From: Diadema antillarum
Lineage: Eukaryota
Length of the DNA: 64,000 nt
Direction: 5' to 3'
NCBI RefSeq assembly: GCF_040938485.1
Contig: NW_027271551.1
Coordinates: 620,001-684,000, forward strand
Part shown: piece by piece, positions 39,238 to 52,901 of the stretch
Layout of the letters: every line of letters begins with the position of its first letter
Position numbering within the stretch: position 1 is the stretch's first letter
Position numbers and translations under genes: made by a program
Notes under the pieces: model-generated
What the model saw: the letters and a program-made list of their open reading frames with translations, nothing else
The model's database searches: none
Told to the model about the DNA's origin: nothing

Positions 39238-40424
39238 ATCATGTAAAGAGGTCTGTACAGTTGTATATAGATCATAAATATTTGCCAAATAGTAACTCAT
39301 CTGGCAATTGGTAATCCACTTTGTTTGTTCGTGTTTTTGCTTTTTTTATGTGTGTGTTTGCATCTTTGTGAGGTGTAAAAAAAAAAATGAAAAAAAAGTT
39401 TTTAGGTGTTAGAAACCAAACCAAGGCTCACCTTCTAGTGCATGAGACAATGATATTAACATGATAAAGTAGGATCTCTAGCTACATATCTACAGTGAGT
39501 GCACTCCCATCATATGAACGAAAATGGTTATAACAAAATTCCAGTTACTAATACAACGTGGTATATATTCAGGCCACAACATTTTCCGTTATATGTTTTC
39601 CATTTGTTTATCAGTGTTTATTTGTTTGTTATGAACTAAATAGTCATTTCGATACTTTGAATGATTAATCAATGAAAGAAAAATACCAGTCCCACGGACT
39701 TGGTTATAATGGGAGTCCACTGTATGACAAATTCCAGTACCATACTTACTATGGTCCACAGAGATAAGATACAGTATTAAGCTACGTTCTACATCTCATC
39801 ACCATGTTCATCGGATAGCATAGAGTTACCACATAACAGTTAGAATGAATGCAGCAGTATTAAATAAATCTAAATACAGATATAAGCGCGGTAAGCGGCT
39901 GTCTGTGACATTGTCATTGGGTCAAAACGATATAGGTCTACTTAACACGATTTATCTTGGTCATTTTATTCAGGAAATGAACTGGCATCTAAAGCGTCTT
40001 ATCCTTGACAGAAGACGTGCTATGACTGTTCATGTTCCACTAGATTCTGTATAGAAAATAGCTGTAGTTGGTCTATGGACTAAGTAGCCCGACCAGACGC
40101 TGTTACTACGCTATGCGAAAACAGCGACGTACCATGTACAGCGACTGGGCTGTGACCTAGTTATGGACTAAGGTACATTGCAGTTTACAGAATAACTAAC
40201 ACGATTTAGAGTACGTGGGCCCATGCGACAGTCGACGTCAATGGAAGTGTATCGGTACTTACCCTTTCAGCATATTTCTGTGTCTCGTACGCTTTCATGT
40301 AACCCAGTTCGATACGTTCATACTTCACAAGTGCAGTAATATATGCTTGAAGTAAATTCACACGGTTTTCCGGGCTACCACCGAAGCGCAAGTAGGGCTT
40401 TATCTTAAATTTTATCCGTCTCAT
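36878..40424 (-). CDS. MRPL17: Mitochondrial ribosomal protein L17 (bL17m), 223 aa, 3 exons
   Basis: Exons 40263-40424 (MRRIKF...RVNLLQAYITALVKYERIE...YAER), 38417-38485 (LITVAKRGD...AMKIADFWLK) and 36878-37318 (DKKQVHKLFKVLGPRF...FTRLLRVP...AFLEYIGNPYPPL). Introns are GT-AG, phase 0. Motifs match the L17 family. Confidence 0.94.
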
Positions 40425-40558
40425 CTTGAAGAGACTACGTGCGATGTAGATTCGTGTACTAGTATCATGAGAATAATCAATAGATGCATACGAAACGCAT
40501 TTGCGAAACACACACAGTTGCACAGCTGCATGCACATCATGAATGCAGCATACAGTAA

Positions 40559-41025
40559 GGGCTCACACCCATAAATATTTCCCCATAGGGACGTGTGTTA
40601 AAAATCAAATTTCAAAAAATTCTGTAAAATGGCTGGGAGAAATGAGGTGTTTCAGCTTCACTAACCTGGATAAGTTAGATGTACCCTTTCATCCATCAAA
40701 ATCTCAGGGTGGATAATTCAGTTCAAATTCTGTTCAGGGGTCCGAAAAGCCAGACTACGAGTTCTTGTCACTCAAAAAGTCACCCATTTTCCGTACACGT
40801 ACCCAATGAAATATAGTCCCCTCAAATTCCACCAGAAAAGCTTTCATCTTCTAACTAAAATGCAATTTGTAGAGGAATTCATACTCAATATCTACAGCTA
40901 TTCAGTTTTTTGCCAAACTACATCATTGATTTTTAATTAATTTTTTTCTTCATTTATTTTGGTATCTTTGGTACGAATTTGTGAAGGGGTTTCGGACATT
41001 CCATTGTATTTACGGGTGTGAGCCC
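40559..41025. mobile_element. PIF/Harbinger-like MITE with TAA TSD, just upstream of MRPL17
   Basis: TIR GGGCTCACACCCATAAATA / TATTTACGGGTGTGAGCCC; TAA on both sides. Confidence 0.75.
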
Positions 41026-41477
41026 TAAACCTGACCACGTGAAAAGCTATTCTAACTTCCAGACGTTGAATCAGAGACGTTGTGGGACCACCTCGCTAAT
41101 CAACCAAAACTGTAAAAAACCCAATCAATTTCAATCCAATTTCAATTCAATTTATTGAAAGATAAAAGAAACATAATGATATAAGGGATTTCATAAATTA
41201 TTGCAACAATATAGTAATAATTCATGATATTTTTATGATAATTTTGTATTATAAACTTTCACAAGTTACTTTATGAAGCAAAATATTGAGTATTATCATT
41301 TACAACAATTAATAGTAGTCCTTATAAGTTGGATGGACAACGATTTTCATGCAAAGAGACTTGAGAAAAAGAACGCACGTGTAATACATGTAGCATCATG
41401 TGGTAATGACACCGATCCAGAGACAAATTTTGCTGTTATTCAAATTCATGAATTTCTTCCGTCGAGATGTTTTCATC

Positions 41478-41648
41478 GCAACTGATTGACAAATTGCCCT
41501 ACATCGAGTACATCGACGTAACATAAGCACTGAATTGATCACTGCTTTTGGTATATTACTATAACAGTGTTTTAGTAGTATACTACTGAAACACTGATCA
41601 AGTCAGTGCTTATTCACGTCGATGTAAGGCAATTTGTCAATCAGTTGC
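41478..41648. repeat. ~170-bp imperfect palindrome (foldback)
   Basis: GCAACTGATTGACAAATTGCC.TACATCGA...AAGCACTGA.TTGATCA is mirrored by TGATCAAGTCAGTGCTT...TCGATGTAAGGCAATTTGTCAATCAGTTGC. Confidence 0.8.
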
Positions 41649-42225
41649 AAATTTTGCTGTTGCTGTCCATGTCGTCGGCACTGTCAGAGTATTGAATCAT
41701 CAAGTCGGGTTTTGTTGAGAAAATTTAATCCGCCACTGGGAGACTGTTGACAGTGTGAAAAACGTACATTATCATATTGTGTCAAAACTTTCCAAAGAAC
41801 AAAAAGCTTACAATACAGAAAATCTAAAAGCGCATACCCCGGAAGTGGCACTAGGAAAAAAAAAATATAGAATGACACTTTTGACTGTATGCGGTAAGGC
41901 CTTTGTGGAATGAGAAAGGTGAGCTGAAGACATTTTTTTTTTTCGCCAGAAGTTACGCTGAAGCCTTTGTTTTTGCTTTTATTTTCGTTTTACTTGTTCA
42001 TGAAACCCGGAAGTATAAGGATCCCCACTGATCAAAAAGTGGCGCCGGCCTTGAACAAAAAAAAAAAAAGACGAAGTCGAAAGCTTAGTACACATTAACA
42101 AATCTGACTCAAATAGTTCTTCTTCTACAAGCATGAAAAAAGACATTTGTAAAGTGTGCCCCTTAATCTGCACGCAACCAAACTTTGTACGCGCATCTCT
42201 ATGGACGCATGTCTGGAGACGCGCC

Positions 42226-42258
42226 CATTACGTCAGCATCCTCTGCTGCTATGGTAAC
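42226..42258 (+). promoter_or_regulatory. RFX X-box-like (CTGCTATGGTAAC, 42246-42258) and CRE-like (TTACGTCA) motifs upstream of KLHL10
   Basis: Motif matches lie ~180-210 bp before the ATG. CCGGAAGT ETS motifs also occur at ~41839 and ~42007 in the divergent MRPL17/KLHL10 intergenic region. Confidence 0.4.
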
Positions 42259-42437
42259 GCGCGGGCTTCAATCATCCTGTGGCTATTGAGTAGGCTTATG
42301 TGTTTAGCAACGCGCGTAAAACCCAATGATATTTATTAAGGTGTCATCTCGTTCTTGGAAGTGTAACTAGAATGGATTGTGTTTACCCCCGGGATTAGAC
42401 ATTTATTTTGAGGAAGAATCGGGAAAGAAAAGATTTC

Positions 42438-45400
42438 ATGGAAGCCGAAACGGAGCTGGAGGCTCCTGCTTTTACTATTTTCGACGAGCTGCGCAAGAAT
42501 GGACAACTTTGCGATGTTACTCTGGATGTGGGTGACCAGAAATTCCCAGCTCATCGGAATGTTCTTGCGGCGTGCAGCAGATACTTTCGCGCCCTTTTCA
42601 CAAATGGAATGCACGAGTCGGAGAAGAACGTTGTGAAGATACCGGGCGTTGATCCGCCCCTCATGGCGCAGATTCTCGACTACATCTATACGAGAACGAC
42701 CCCCATCAACGCCGAAAATGTCGTAGACCTCCTGCCTGTGGCGGATCAGTTCAACGTGCAAGGTAACTATTCCTAAAGCAAGGAGATTCCTAAAGCATCC
42801 ATTGGGGATGATGTCATCAATCAAATTCATGGCTCAAAGATCTTTTGATTAGGGTCTACCCGTTTCAAATCAGATGAACCAAGCAACGCTCGCTGACATC
42901 TGACTTTGATATGAGACGCTGGTAACTAATATTGCGTTCTCATTGCGTTCGATACTAAGTCTGCTATTATGCCTATAAAATACCCTCAAACAACCGACCT
43001 AATAGTTTGCAACCATCTAGGCCTAGACGGGTGGGATCTGTATAGTCTATGTTATCTTTATTATAGTTTGATGGAAGCAGGATGAGAGGAGGTAATAATG
43101 TAGAGGCATGGTTTATCTTCTTCTTCCGTTAAGCGCAGCTTCATGCTTGAAGATTACGCACCGTAGTGTGTGAGGGTGTGCAGCCGTATGTGTGCTCCAC
43201 CAGTCAAATTCCACAAGTAGGCATCCGAGAGTATTTACAAAATATATGCATGGAGGGCAAGTAAAATCCATAATTTCATATATGAGCTGCAGTTACGTCT
43301 CCCTCGCAAGAAGGACTTGAATAATGCCTCGAGGGAGGGTGAGTCAGCCGGGTCTGCTGGTAGGTGGTTCCATTTAGACTATCATTATTGCGATGGGCCC
43401 CCATTATTTAGAGTCACTCTTTGCAACCTTTTTTATTTAACTCGATAACCAGTCAGATCGAATACGATTTTTTTTTTCACTTTTGACCGACATTGCGGCT
43501 CACCGGCACATGGGCCGTATATAGGCGCCTACCACTGGACCACCGGTTGAGAAGCACTGATTTTTAGAGCTTAGCTAACGTAAAGATGACAATGAGTGAA
43601 ATTACAGAATGGTAGCCGTTTCAATCCTCAACTATATAAAGCTACATTAGCAGTGGACGCGTGGTGGAGGTACATTTAGAAACAGATGAACAGTGAGATA
43701 TAGGCACCTAGGTCAACTACTAACGATGAGGACAAGAAAATAATGATTTTTATGCCCGTTTTCTTCTCAAGTTAGATAAAGTGGGTGAATCGTAGCAGCC
43801 ATTCAAGAAGAGCGTATTATGATATCGCTCTTAAAAGAGTGACTTCAACTATTATTATTTATATTCATGATCCATGAAGGTAGTGTTGCCCCAATGCACG
43901 AATTACTCTAGCTAAGTCTGATATTGATTGTTGTCACATTGTCAGTAATCGTCGTTTATATAACCAAATTTTGTGAATGCGCCGATTTAAACATGAACGA
44001 ACCCGTCGATCAGTGTTGTGTTCACTGGTTTTCATAGTCAGAAAAGAGACAAGAGATCTTCATTTTAGTTAACCAAAATTCATTGCAAATCACGATAGAG
44101 ATAGCGCAATGACTCTCACTGTCAAAACGCGTTGTTAATAAAGTTGTACAAATCCCTGACCTTTCGCCCTACAGAAGATTTAATTTTTTCTTTGCTTTAC
44201 TGTTTTTTTCTTTATTGTTACTCATTTTCATATGTATTTTGTCAATCTACGTTTTTACAATTATTACAAATAATACGCTCTGCTTATTAAGTTTGTATAT
44301 AATTTCTCTGTTTATTTCATGGAAATAAATTTAGATGTTGAATCTTGAATCTTGATTTTTTAGCATGCTCCTTTTTGCTTTTCCTTGAATTTTGATGATG
44401 CCTCTTTCTCTGGTTTCTTCTCCAATCTATAGGTCTTGTGAAGGAATGTTGTTCGTACCTCGAGGAGCATTTCTGCCCCGCGAACTGCGTCGGGATGTGG
44501 CGCTTTGCCCAGTCCTACTTCTGCTTTCCCCTACAGCAGTCAGCCTTCCGCTACATCCTCGTCCACTTCGAGGAGGTCGCACTGGGAAGCAAGGCGGACG
44601 AATTTCTCGAAATACCCATCGAAGATCTTGAGACCATCATCAAACAGGTGAAAGACGTAATGGTTGGCAATTCTTTTGTTGTTGTTGTTGATGATGAAGT
44701 TGTTCTGCAATTGGGTCCCATTTCATAAAATATGTTAGGATAGCAACTCTTGCTGGAAGAGCAACTTCCAATAACAACAGCCAATCAGGAAGCTGTATAA
44801 TTCTTGAAATCTTTGAAGGCTTCCGTGGTGGTAGAACGTTGGGTGGTAGAAGGCTTCACGGTGCACCACGTATTCTTTCTGGAGTATGTGAGTGGCCCTT
44901 TCTTAAGGGCATAATTCTTGTCGTTACCGTGACAATTTCCATTCTAGCAAGAGTTGCTTTCATATCAACTTTTTTATGAAATGGAGCCCAGGTTGCTGCA
45001 TGTTGCTTCGAGTTTATATGATTGATATCCAATATTACAAAGCCTTCCCATTATCAGTTTGTTTTACATGAGATGAACCTCCTACATAGTTAATCAGTTT
45101 TATTTCGTAGTTTTCCTAGGAGATCCCAAGAATATTGATTAATCACGATAACCATGCCGAAAACATAAAGATTATAGTCGTGTGGTTAACCTAGATATCC
45201 TATAGCAAATTTCAATTGTCCTTTATGCATGAGAAATGTATCCTCCCTGAAAAGTGGTCTCTACCACCTGTCATTATGAGATGACAGTTATAATATCGAG
45301 TGTGTATATCGGTTCAGCGGTATAAAGCATCCAACTACTATAGGGTGCGAGAGTGACATTGTATATTGACAACAGAGTAAAATGATGTCGACTCTTGGAA

Positions 45401-48400
45401 ATTCGTAGGACGAACTGAACGTGAAGATGGAGGAGTACGTCTTCGAGGCGGTGCTCCGCTGGGTTCGTCACCGCGAGGCGCAGCGGCGGCACCTCGTCGC
45501 GCGCCTCCTGCTCAACATCCGCCTCGGCATGATCAATACGGATTACTTCATGAATAGCATCAAAGCCCATCCCCTCGTGCGAGACGTGGAGGATTGCCGA
45601 CCGGCCATACTGCAGACCATTCACTACACCTACAACTTCGACCCCAATGAGACTCTAAAGGGACCAAGTGCGGTCATCTCGAGACCGCGGTATGTGTAAA
45701 TTTGCTATTTGACGATGCCAACTTTATTCAAATAACNNNNNNNNNNNNNNNNNNNNNNNNNNNNNNNNNNNNNNNNNNNNNNNNNNNNNNNNNNNNNNNN
45801 NNNNNNNNNNNNNNNNNNNNNNNNNNNNNNNNNNNNNNNNNNNNNNNNNNNNNNNNNNNNNNNNNNNNNNNNNNNNNNNNNNNNNNNNNNNNNNNNNNNN
45901 NNNNNNNTTTTAACCAGGGTATAGCCCCATCTGTTGTTTCTACACAGTTATTCTTGGGAGCCCTGCAGCAATAAAAAAAAAGAAGTAACAATTGATTCAA
46001 ATAACAAAGTAACGAATCTAGGACATCCTGTTGTACATAGCAATATCAAAACCATCGAAATGCTATGTGTAAATAGTGCATGATAATGATACACATATTC
46101 CCCACATTATTTGTAATAGGATTTATATCTTTACACAATATAGGAATATCGAGTTGCACGTGGAAATTACTCCTGAAAGAACTATAAACAGGGGAAAATG
46201 AGGAATTTGAAAAGACAGTTGTAAAGGAGGGGAGGAGGAGGAATAGAGTCTTTTATGTTGTGAATGGATGTGATGAGAAGGGGAAGAGTTGCCGTGTAGA
46301 CGGTCTTAATGAGAACTCTTGGTATAGGATGAAATCCTGAAAGGACTGTGGAGAGGCCCTGACGAGGACCGTAGATTATTGCTTTGTTGATCACTCTCAT
46401 ACAGGTGTAAAACGTCCTTTCTTTTATCGACTAAAACATCTCAACCACTCACTCTTAATCAATTAGATTACTTAACAGATGAAGAAATAGTTATTCATTC
46501 ATGGATACGATTATGATGTGAAAGTGCAACAATCTCAAAATGTGAAAGTGCATCAACATCAAAGCTATGAGGATCATGACTACCAATGACGTCATGTTTG
46601 GCCAAAAGAAACTTAACAGATCTCAAAACTGTTATGTACTCGTAAATACTTAGGTATACGAAAGAAGAGATTAGTTGGACCACTTAATGACACAATGTGC
46701 ACGCGAAAAGGTGCCTTTCCGAAGCTGCCTTTATTTCGCAATGCGCATGCGCATCATACATTGAAGACACGTGCCAATGCATGGCACGTGATGGGGGGGG
46801 GGGGCATTTCATGAAGCGTTTTGTCAAATATTTTTTACCTGACAAACTGTTATATTAAGCTACTGAAATCCTTACATCTGGTTGGCTGAGAGCAAATTTG
46901 TTTGACAAGTTTGTCGGACAAAACGCTTCATGAAATGCCCCCTGGTTCTTCATACATAACAAAAACCACTATTAAGCAGCAAGGGACACACGGAAAGTAT
47001 TCGTAAAGCCTTTGTGACTTTTCTTGATATTAGGTTGCCTTTCAAGCTCTTGTTCGCGGTAGGCGGATGGAGTGGCGGCAGTCCAACGAGTGCCATCGAG
47101 TGTTACGACACTAGGGCCGATAGGTGGGTGCTGCTAGACACACAGAACAATCGGCCGCGCGCCTACATGGGCATCGCCGTCCTCAACATGAAACTCTACG
47201 CGGTCGGCGGTTTCGACAGCAACCAGTATTTTAACAGCGTAAGGTGCTTCGACCCTATTTCCAAGGTAACGAACGATTTCTACCACAGTGTTGAGATTAA
47301 CCAGATCAAATGTTTTTTTTTTCCTTACTTCAGTTTGGCACGCGTGCCGTTATGTTGTAGGCCCTATATGTCTCTATCACGACACACCCAGAAGTAACTT
47401 TGCTGTAATAATGAAGTGGCAGTATCTCAATTAAGTGCTGACGTGATGTTCGACATGACGCAGTGATGACATAATGTTCGACATGACGCACTGATGACGT
47501 AATGTTTAGCATGATTAACATATTATTAAAAGTTTTGAATGCACGCACACTAAAAGTTTGGACGTAATAATCATGCATTCAGAAGATACCTAACTCACTA
47601 AAATTTCACGTTGCAAGAGAGACCTGCTTGATTATTATTTTGTTTTTTGATTGCGATTAGTATCGACCTTACTCCGATGAAAGTGTAGGACGCCACCAGA
47701 ATAGTGGTGTCGTGGTGACTTTTCCGTATTACACTTGCTCCTTCCTTCCTCCATTTCTTTCTTTGTTTTTTTTTTCTATTTGCCTTTTTCTTTTTCTCTG
47801 TTTTTATTACGAAGGTATGGACAGAGGTGGCACCCATGAACTCCAGGCGATGCTACGTCAGTGTTGGCCGCGGTAGGGGATCGCATCTACGCCTTGGGTG
47901 GCTTCGATGGACACACCAGACTCAAGACCGTCGAAAAGTATTTCGTCTATTATCCTTTCTGGATGAATACTCACTTCTCTCCCCACAGCCCATTCCAAGT
48001 TTGTCATTGCTGTCTGTTTGCAGAACCCGGTTGAGGATATTGATTCGGGGACAGGGCGTGGCCGGAAATTTATCATATTCAATGTTTCCTTCTATACTTT
48101 GAAAGAAAAAAAAAAAACCATATTATATTCGATGCCATGTGACCAAAGTAAAATAACATACTGCTATACAGTGTCACGTGTTGTATATTGACAATTGTTG
48201 CTTGATGAGAAATAACGTATGGTCTATAGAAAAAGATTTCCCAAATTGTTACATCATGCTATGATTATCATTTTTAAAATAGATTTATACCAATACATTT
48301 AAGTGGTATTATCATCCCTATAAAGGCAAGCGTGTGGACAATATTATGTCTGAATATAAATTATCAGGACACTGAAATGACGCTCAATATTACCTTTATA

Positions 48401-51400
48401 AGATACGACCCGGTCAACAATCAGTGGACATTGATCCGGTCGATGAACCACCATCGCAGCGATGCGTCGGCGTGCCATCTGGACGGCAAGATCGTCATCG
48501 TAGGCGGGTTCAACGGCAACGAGTGCCTGAACTCTGCGGGAGCTCTACGACATCGAATGGACGAGTGGGCGGGGACCTGCCTCGCATGAACAGCAGACGG
48601 AGCGGTGTTGGAGCAGTGGCCTTCAGGTAAGACGATGACTGCGGAAGCTATACGCATTCAAAATACCCACTATGCATGTGTGGCAACGGACAGGAAGAAA
48701 CATTTACGCCAAAATTGATGTAAAATATGCTTCCTGTGTGCATGAAAAGGGATCCGTATCTTACTGCGTATCTTCGGTTGACTTTTCTCGTCTGGGAGCT
48801 ATCATCCCCACACAGTGTTCTTATCAATGTAATCATTTGAATATTCAAACCATCTTGTTCCCGATAGTGGTGATCTGGTGAATTTTATGAGGTCATCCAC
48901 AAACATAAATGTGTATTTGGGAGAGCTAATGAAAGTTGCATCGACACTGAAGTACTAAGCCCTATCTAATCATCAGCGCTTCCTTGAAGTCCATTTGCCT
49001 TTAGCAATGTCACCCCAATAAAGAAAAAGAAAATGTTAATTCAGCATTTAGGAATACGTTCTGTGATTCATTTCTTGGTTGTCATCAAGCTGTTCCTGTG
49101 CACGTCAACAGAGCCGCAAAAAGTGACAATTTAACAAATGCTTGCTCTCACTTTGGTCCGCGTGCAACCAAAAACAGAAGCAGCGTTTACGCCGTCGGCG
49201 GCTTCAACGGGCTGACCCGCCTGAACACGATGGAGCGCTGGGCTCCAGGAAGCCTCCAATGGACCGTTGCTCCAAGCATGTACATCCACCGCAGCAACTT
49301 CGGCGTCGCCGTCCTCGACGACATGATCTTCGTCATTGGCGGGTTCAACGGCATCACCACCATCTACAACGTCGAGTGCTACGATCCGGACAACGACGAA
49401 TGGTCAGTCAGACACGTAGAGGTCATGGAGGGAAAAAAATGTGTTTTGGACTGATTTTTTTTTTCGATTGTTTGATGATTAAGCGATACTTGGGTATATA
49501 GTGGATAGGAAAGCAGAAAGACAGACTAATATGCATGTAGATACTGGAGATGAATGAATAAATGAATTAATAGATAAACACATAAAATATGAATAGGTAA
49601 ATCATTTCAATTAGATAAATGAATCAATGCATTCGAATGATATATGAACGAATGGATGAATGAATGAATAATGAATAGAGATATACAGAAGATAGGGATT
49701 ATGATAGACGTCGATTGATGATTAATGTCGATTTGGCATGTAGCCTTAGGTTATCGATATTTGAACACTATCTGTCTTTGGAATCAATGCTAATGGGCAA
49801 TGTTTGACAGATAGGATTGCTGAATGCTTTAATAAATGCGTATTCTTGTCATGAAATATCTACACCTTTCCTTGCGCTCAAGTCTTGAACAGGGGTCGTT
49901 GATTACCTTGAGTTCTTTATCACCTTTGGGTTTTGTTTTGTTTTTTTTCTTCTATTTAATAAGAATGATGAATATTGATAGTCATCCAATGTCGTATGAA
50001 TGCATCATTTCCTTCGTTGTCATAAAGGATAAGTTTACAGACAATTTCTTCACCAGGTGCTTGAAGAAATTTTCCGATAGGATATAAATTCAGTTTAAAA
50101 CTGAAACAACAAGAGCAATAAACTTATATTCAAAGTGCCGTATGCAATATTTCTCAAGAAAAAGTTTGGGAGAAACAATTTTCGTAAACGGCTCACTAGC
50201 AATGGTATGAATGTTCATAGATATTTTGATAGTGACTACATCATTTTCATAACTTGTGTATGTACTATGCTTGAGTGTTTCCTCATTCACTTGCACATCA
50301 AAGTTCAGCTTAGTCACACAAGTTCGACAATTTCTGTAGAATTGAGCCACCGATATATCAAACGGTGTATATATCAAATCAACAAGCATGCATTACTACA
50401 ACGTGTGGTTATACCTTCTGGCCGCTTGATCCAGGTACGATGCTTGCGACATGAACGTATACCGAAGCGCCCTGTCCATCGGCGTCGTGGCGAACCTGCC
50501 CAACGTCCGGGAGTTCACCTGGCCGAGGGATAGAGATCTACCTCCGCCGGCCTTCGTCCCCACCCAGGCCTCGCTCGAGCAGGCGGCCATTGCCATGGAG
50601 GAGAGCAATCATGCGCGTCTGCTGTCTAATGATCCAGCTGCAGAGGAAGCCGCCGATGAAGCAGGTAGGTAACCATGGTGATGACGATGAGATCAAAATC
50701 TGTGAGATTTACGTCACTTCATCCTTGGATGTGATGTTTATGGTCACATAGATTGCGTGATGAATCATAAAAAGTAACTTAGTATTGCCAAGGTTGTTTT
50801 GTCAAGATAAATATCAAAATGAGCAAATATTGGAAAGAGAAAGGGGATAGGTGGTTCGAGATATCACCGGCAAAATGGACGAATTCAGAGACTATCCCTG
50901 ATGACAAGAACCACGACAAACTTATGTGTATAGTTCGCAAAACAGGGAACGCAGCTAGGTTATCGAGATACATTAACAACGATTATGATTAAAGGATGAC
51001 GAATAATCAGAATCTGTGATTCGTTCGCGTGCCTTATTTTTCCTTGGAATTGTGATAGGGACATCGATTCAAGCAAACAATGCAAGCCTCGCCTATTAAA
51101 CAGCAGGCCTATATAGACTTAAGATTATTTTTCTTTGACAGAAATTAACGAGTTTCTCCGTCGACAAGCTGCACTTGAGCAAGAGCAAGCCAACAACGAC
51201 GCGGAGGAGTTTGAGGACGAGGAGGACGAGGATGACGACGACGAAGAGGAGGACGACGAGGAGGATGTTGAGGCCGATGAGGAGGTCCAGTTCCCCGATC
51301 GATCACCAAATCAGCGAAGGCACCCAAATGTCAACCCAACAATTGGCGCCAGTAGCAATGCTAGCCAAAGTAGGAGTAACCATAGCAACGATAGTTCGGG

Positions 51401-51407
51401 TCAATAA
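42438..51407 (+). CDS. KLHL10: Kelch-like protein 10-like (BTB-BACK-6xKelch) with acidic C-terminal extension; 9 exons, local indels in exons 5-6
   Basis: Exons 42438-42762, 44433-44647, 45409-45689, 47034-47265, 47815-47937, 48403-48626, 49178-49402, 50435-50664, 51142-51407 (2121 nt). Motifs: LCDVTLDV..FPAHRNVLAACSRYFRALFT, DELNV..VFEAVLRW, RPRLPFKLLFAVGGWSGGSPTSAIECYDTRADRW, MNSRRCYVSV, RSDASA, RSNFGVAVLDD.IFVIGGFNGITTIYNVECYD, WYDACDMNVYRSALS. Confidence 0.9.
44712..44989. mobile_element. Harbinger-like MITE
   Basis: TIR GGGTCCCATTTCATAAAA / TTTTATGAAATGGAGCCC. Confidence 0.6.
46801..46942. mobile_element. Harbinger-like MITE
   Basis: TIR GGGGCATTTCATGAAGCGTTTTGTC / GACAAAACGCTTCATGAAATGCCCC. 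Confidence 0.7.
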
Positions 51408-52901
51408 TATAGATGAAAGGTGTGCTATAGTGTTGGAATGACAAACTGTGCGACTCCGACCATGATTCTATACCTATAAAGAGTCTCCAAAATATGTTCA
51501 AGATATAACACGGGGATGTAAATTGTGCTGGCTGTATGGCCCTTGAAAAAGAAGGTTAACAACGAACTTCATTTCGTCCACTCAAGCTGTTTGTCTTGCA
51601 CCTTGCCGAGCGCTCTAAGGAGTCTAAAAAAGTATACTTAATGCAGCTGTAAATACCCACTCTAAACGTTAAACGTTATATATTTCACGTTATACCTAAA
51701 AGCTTGTACGCTCTTCTGTAAAAGACGTGCAATGTCGTTACGACTTTGTAAGCATATGAATGACTAAAGAAAAACAGAAAATCCTTCAAATTCATCTTCA
51801 GAAGACATTGCAAGTATCAGCCTCTTTAAAACCGGCTCCCTCTTCAGCGAATAGTTCATACAATGTCATACCGTTTCCTATTGACACCTTGAAGAGTGCC
51901 TTGCAGCGTATACAACATTATTCACTACATATCTTAAGACACTCATACAAGCACACACCAACGCACATACATCCGTACAAAATCTTACATAACATGGCTG
52001 AATCTTCTTTTTTTATGACTCACTCAACAAACACAATTATGGCATTCTGGTAGAACTTACTGTTTTCGTAGAAAATTTTGCGCCAACATAAGACATGGCT
52101 ATGCGGATACCAGTCCCATCTTACGACAAATTTCAAATGAAGTTGAAGGAAGCATTGTGTTAAAACACACGACATAATTGGGAAAAGAAGGATTTGAATT
52201 CAAGAATTCTCGGCATTGGTCTCTGTGTCACAGATACAAGTCATTTCAGCCCTTCCACATGAACGCCTTTCGGAAGCAGCCACACATCTTGACGTTTGTG
52301 TATACTATAGCTGACACATTGGTTTGAGAAATTCAGTGATTGTCAACCAGTGAGAATATCAATCCAGCACTATATTGCACGGTAGAAGAATGCATCATGC
52401 ATGTACAAAGGTGAAAAGCGGATAACCAGCATTGATATTGACCACAGTTTAAATCATCTCCCTTGAACTAAAAAAAAAAAAAGAACAGAAAGAAAAGAGT
52501 CGCAGTGGATATTTCCACTGAGTACAGCTTAAAGAATCTGCTCACTGTCTCTAGTAAAGGCCCGTGAGCTTGATTGGTCTCATGTACATAGAGAAATATG
52601 AAAGTACTTATATCATTTATAAAGGAAATCATTCTACGTTTAATGATTATATCTATTTTTCAAAGCAATAAATTTTTTGTACTTATTCATGCCGAAAGAG
52701 AGAAAGAAAATAATTGCGGTAACTTGCTGCATTCCTTTAATTAGATGCAAATAGATTGCCAATGTGGTGTTTGCAGTCGAGTGTGATATATTTCTCATGG
52801 CTACTTATGCAAGCGTCTGCCCTGTTCCTATTATACAATGTTTGGGAAATCCCTTGTTTGTAATGCAATATTGGAGATGACTGGCAGGTGATCCTACTAT
52901 A

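Noticed and set aside
45702-46000. ORFs running through N gaps (also 56236-56551)
   Set aside because: They are open only because of unknown bases.
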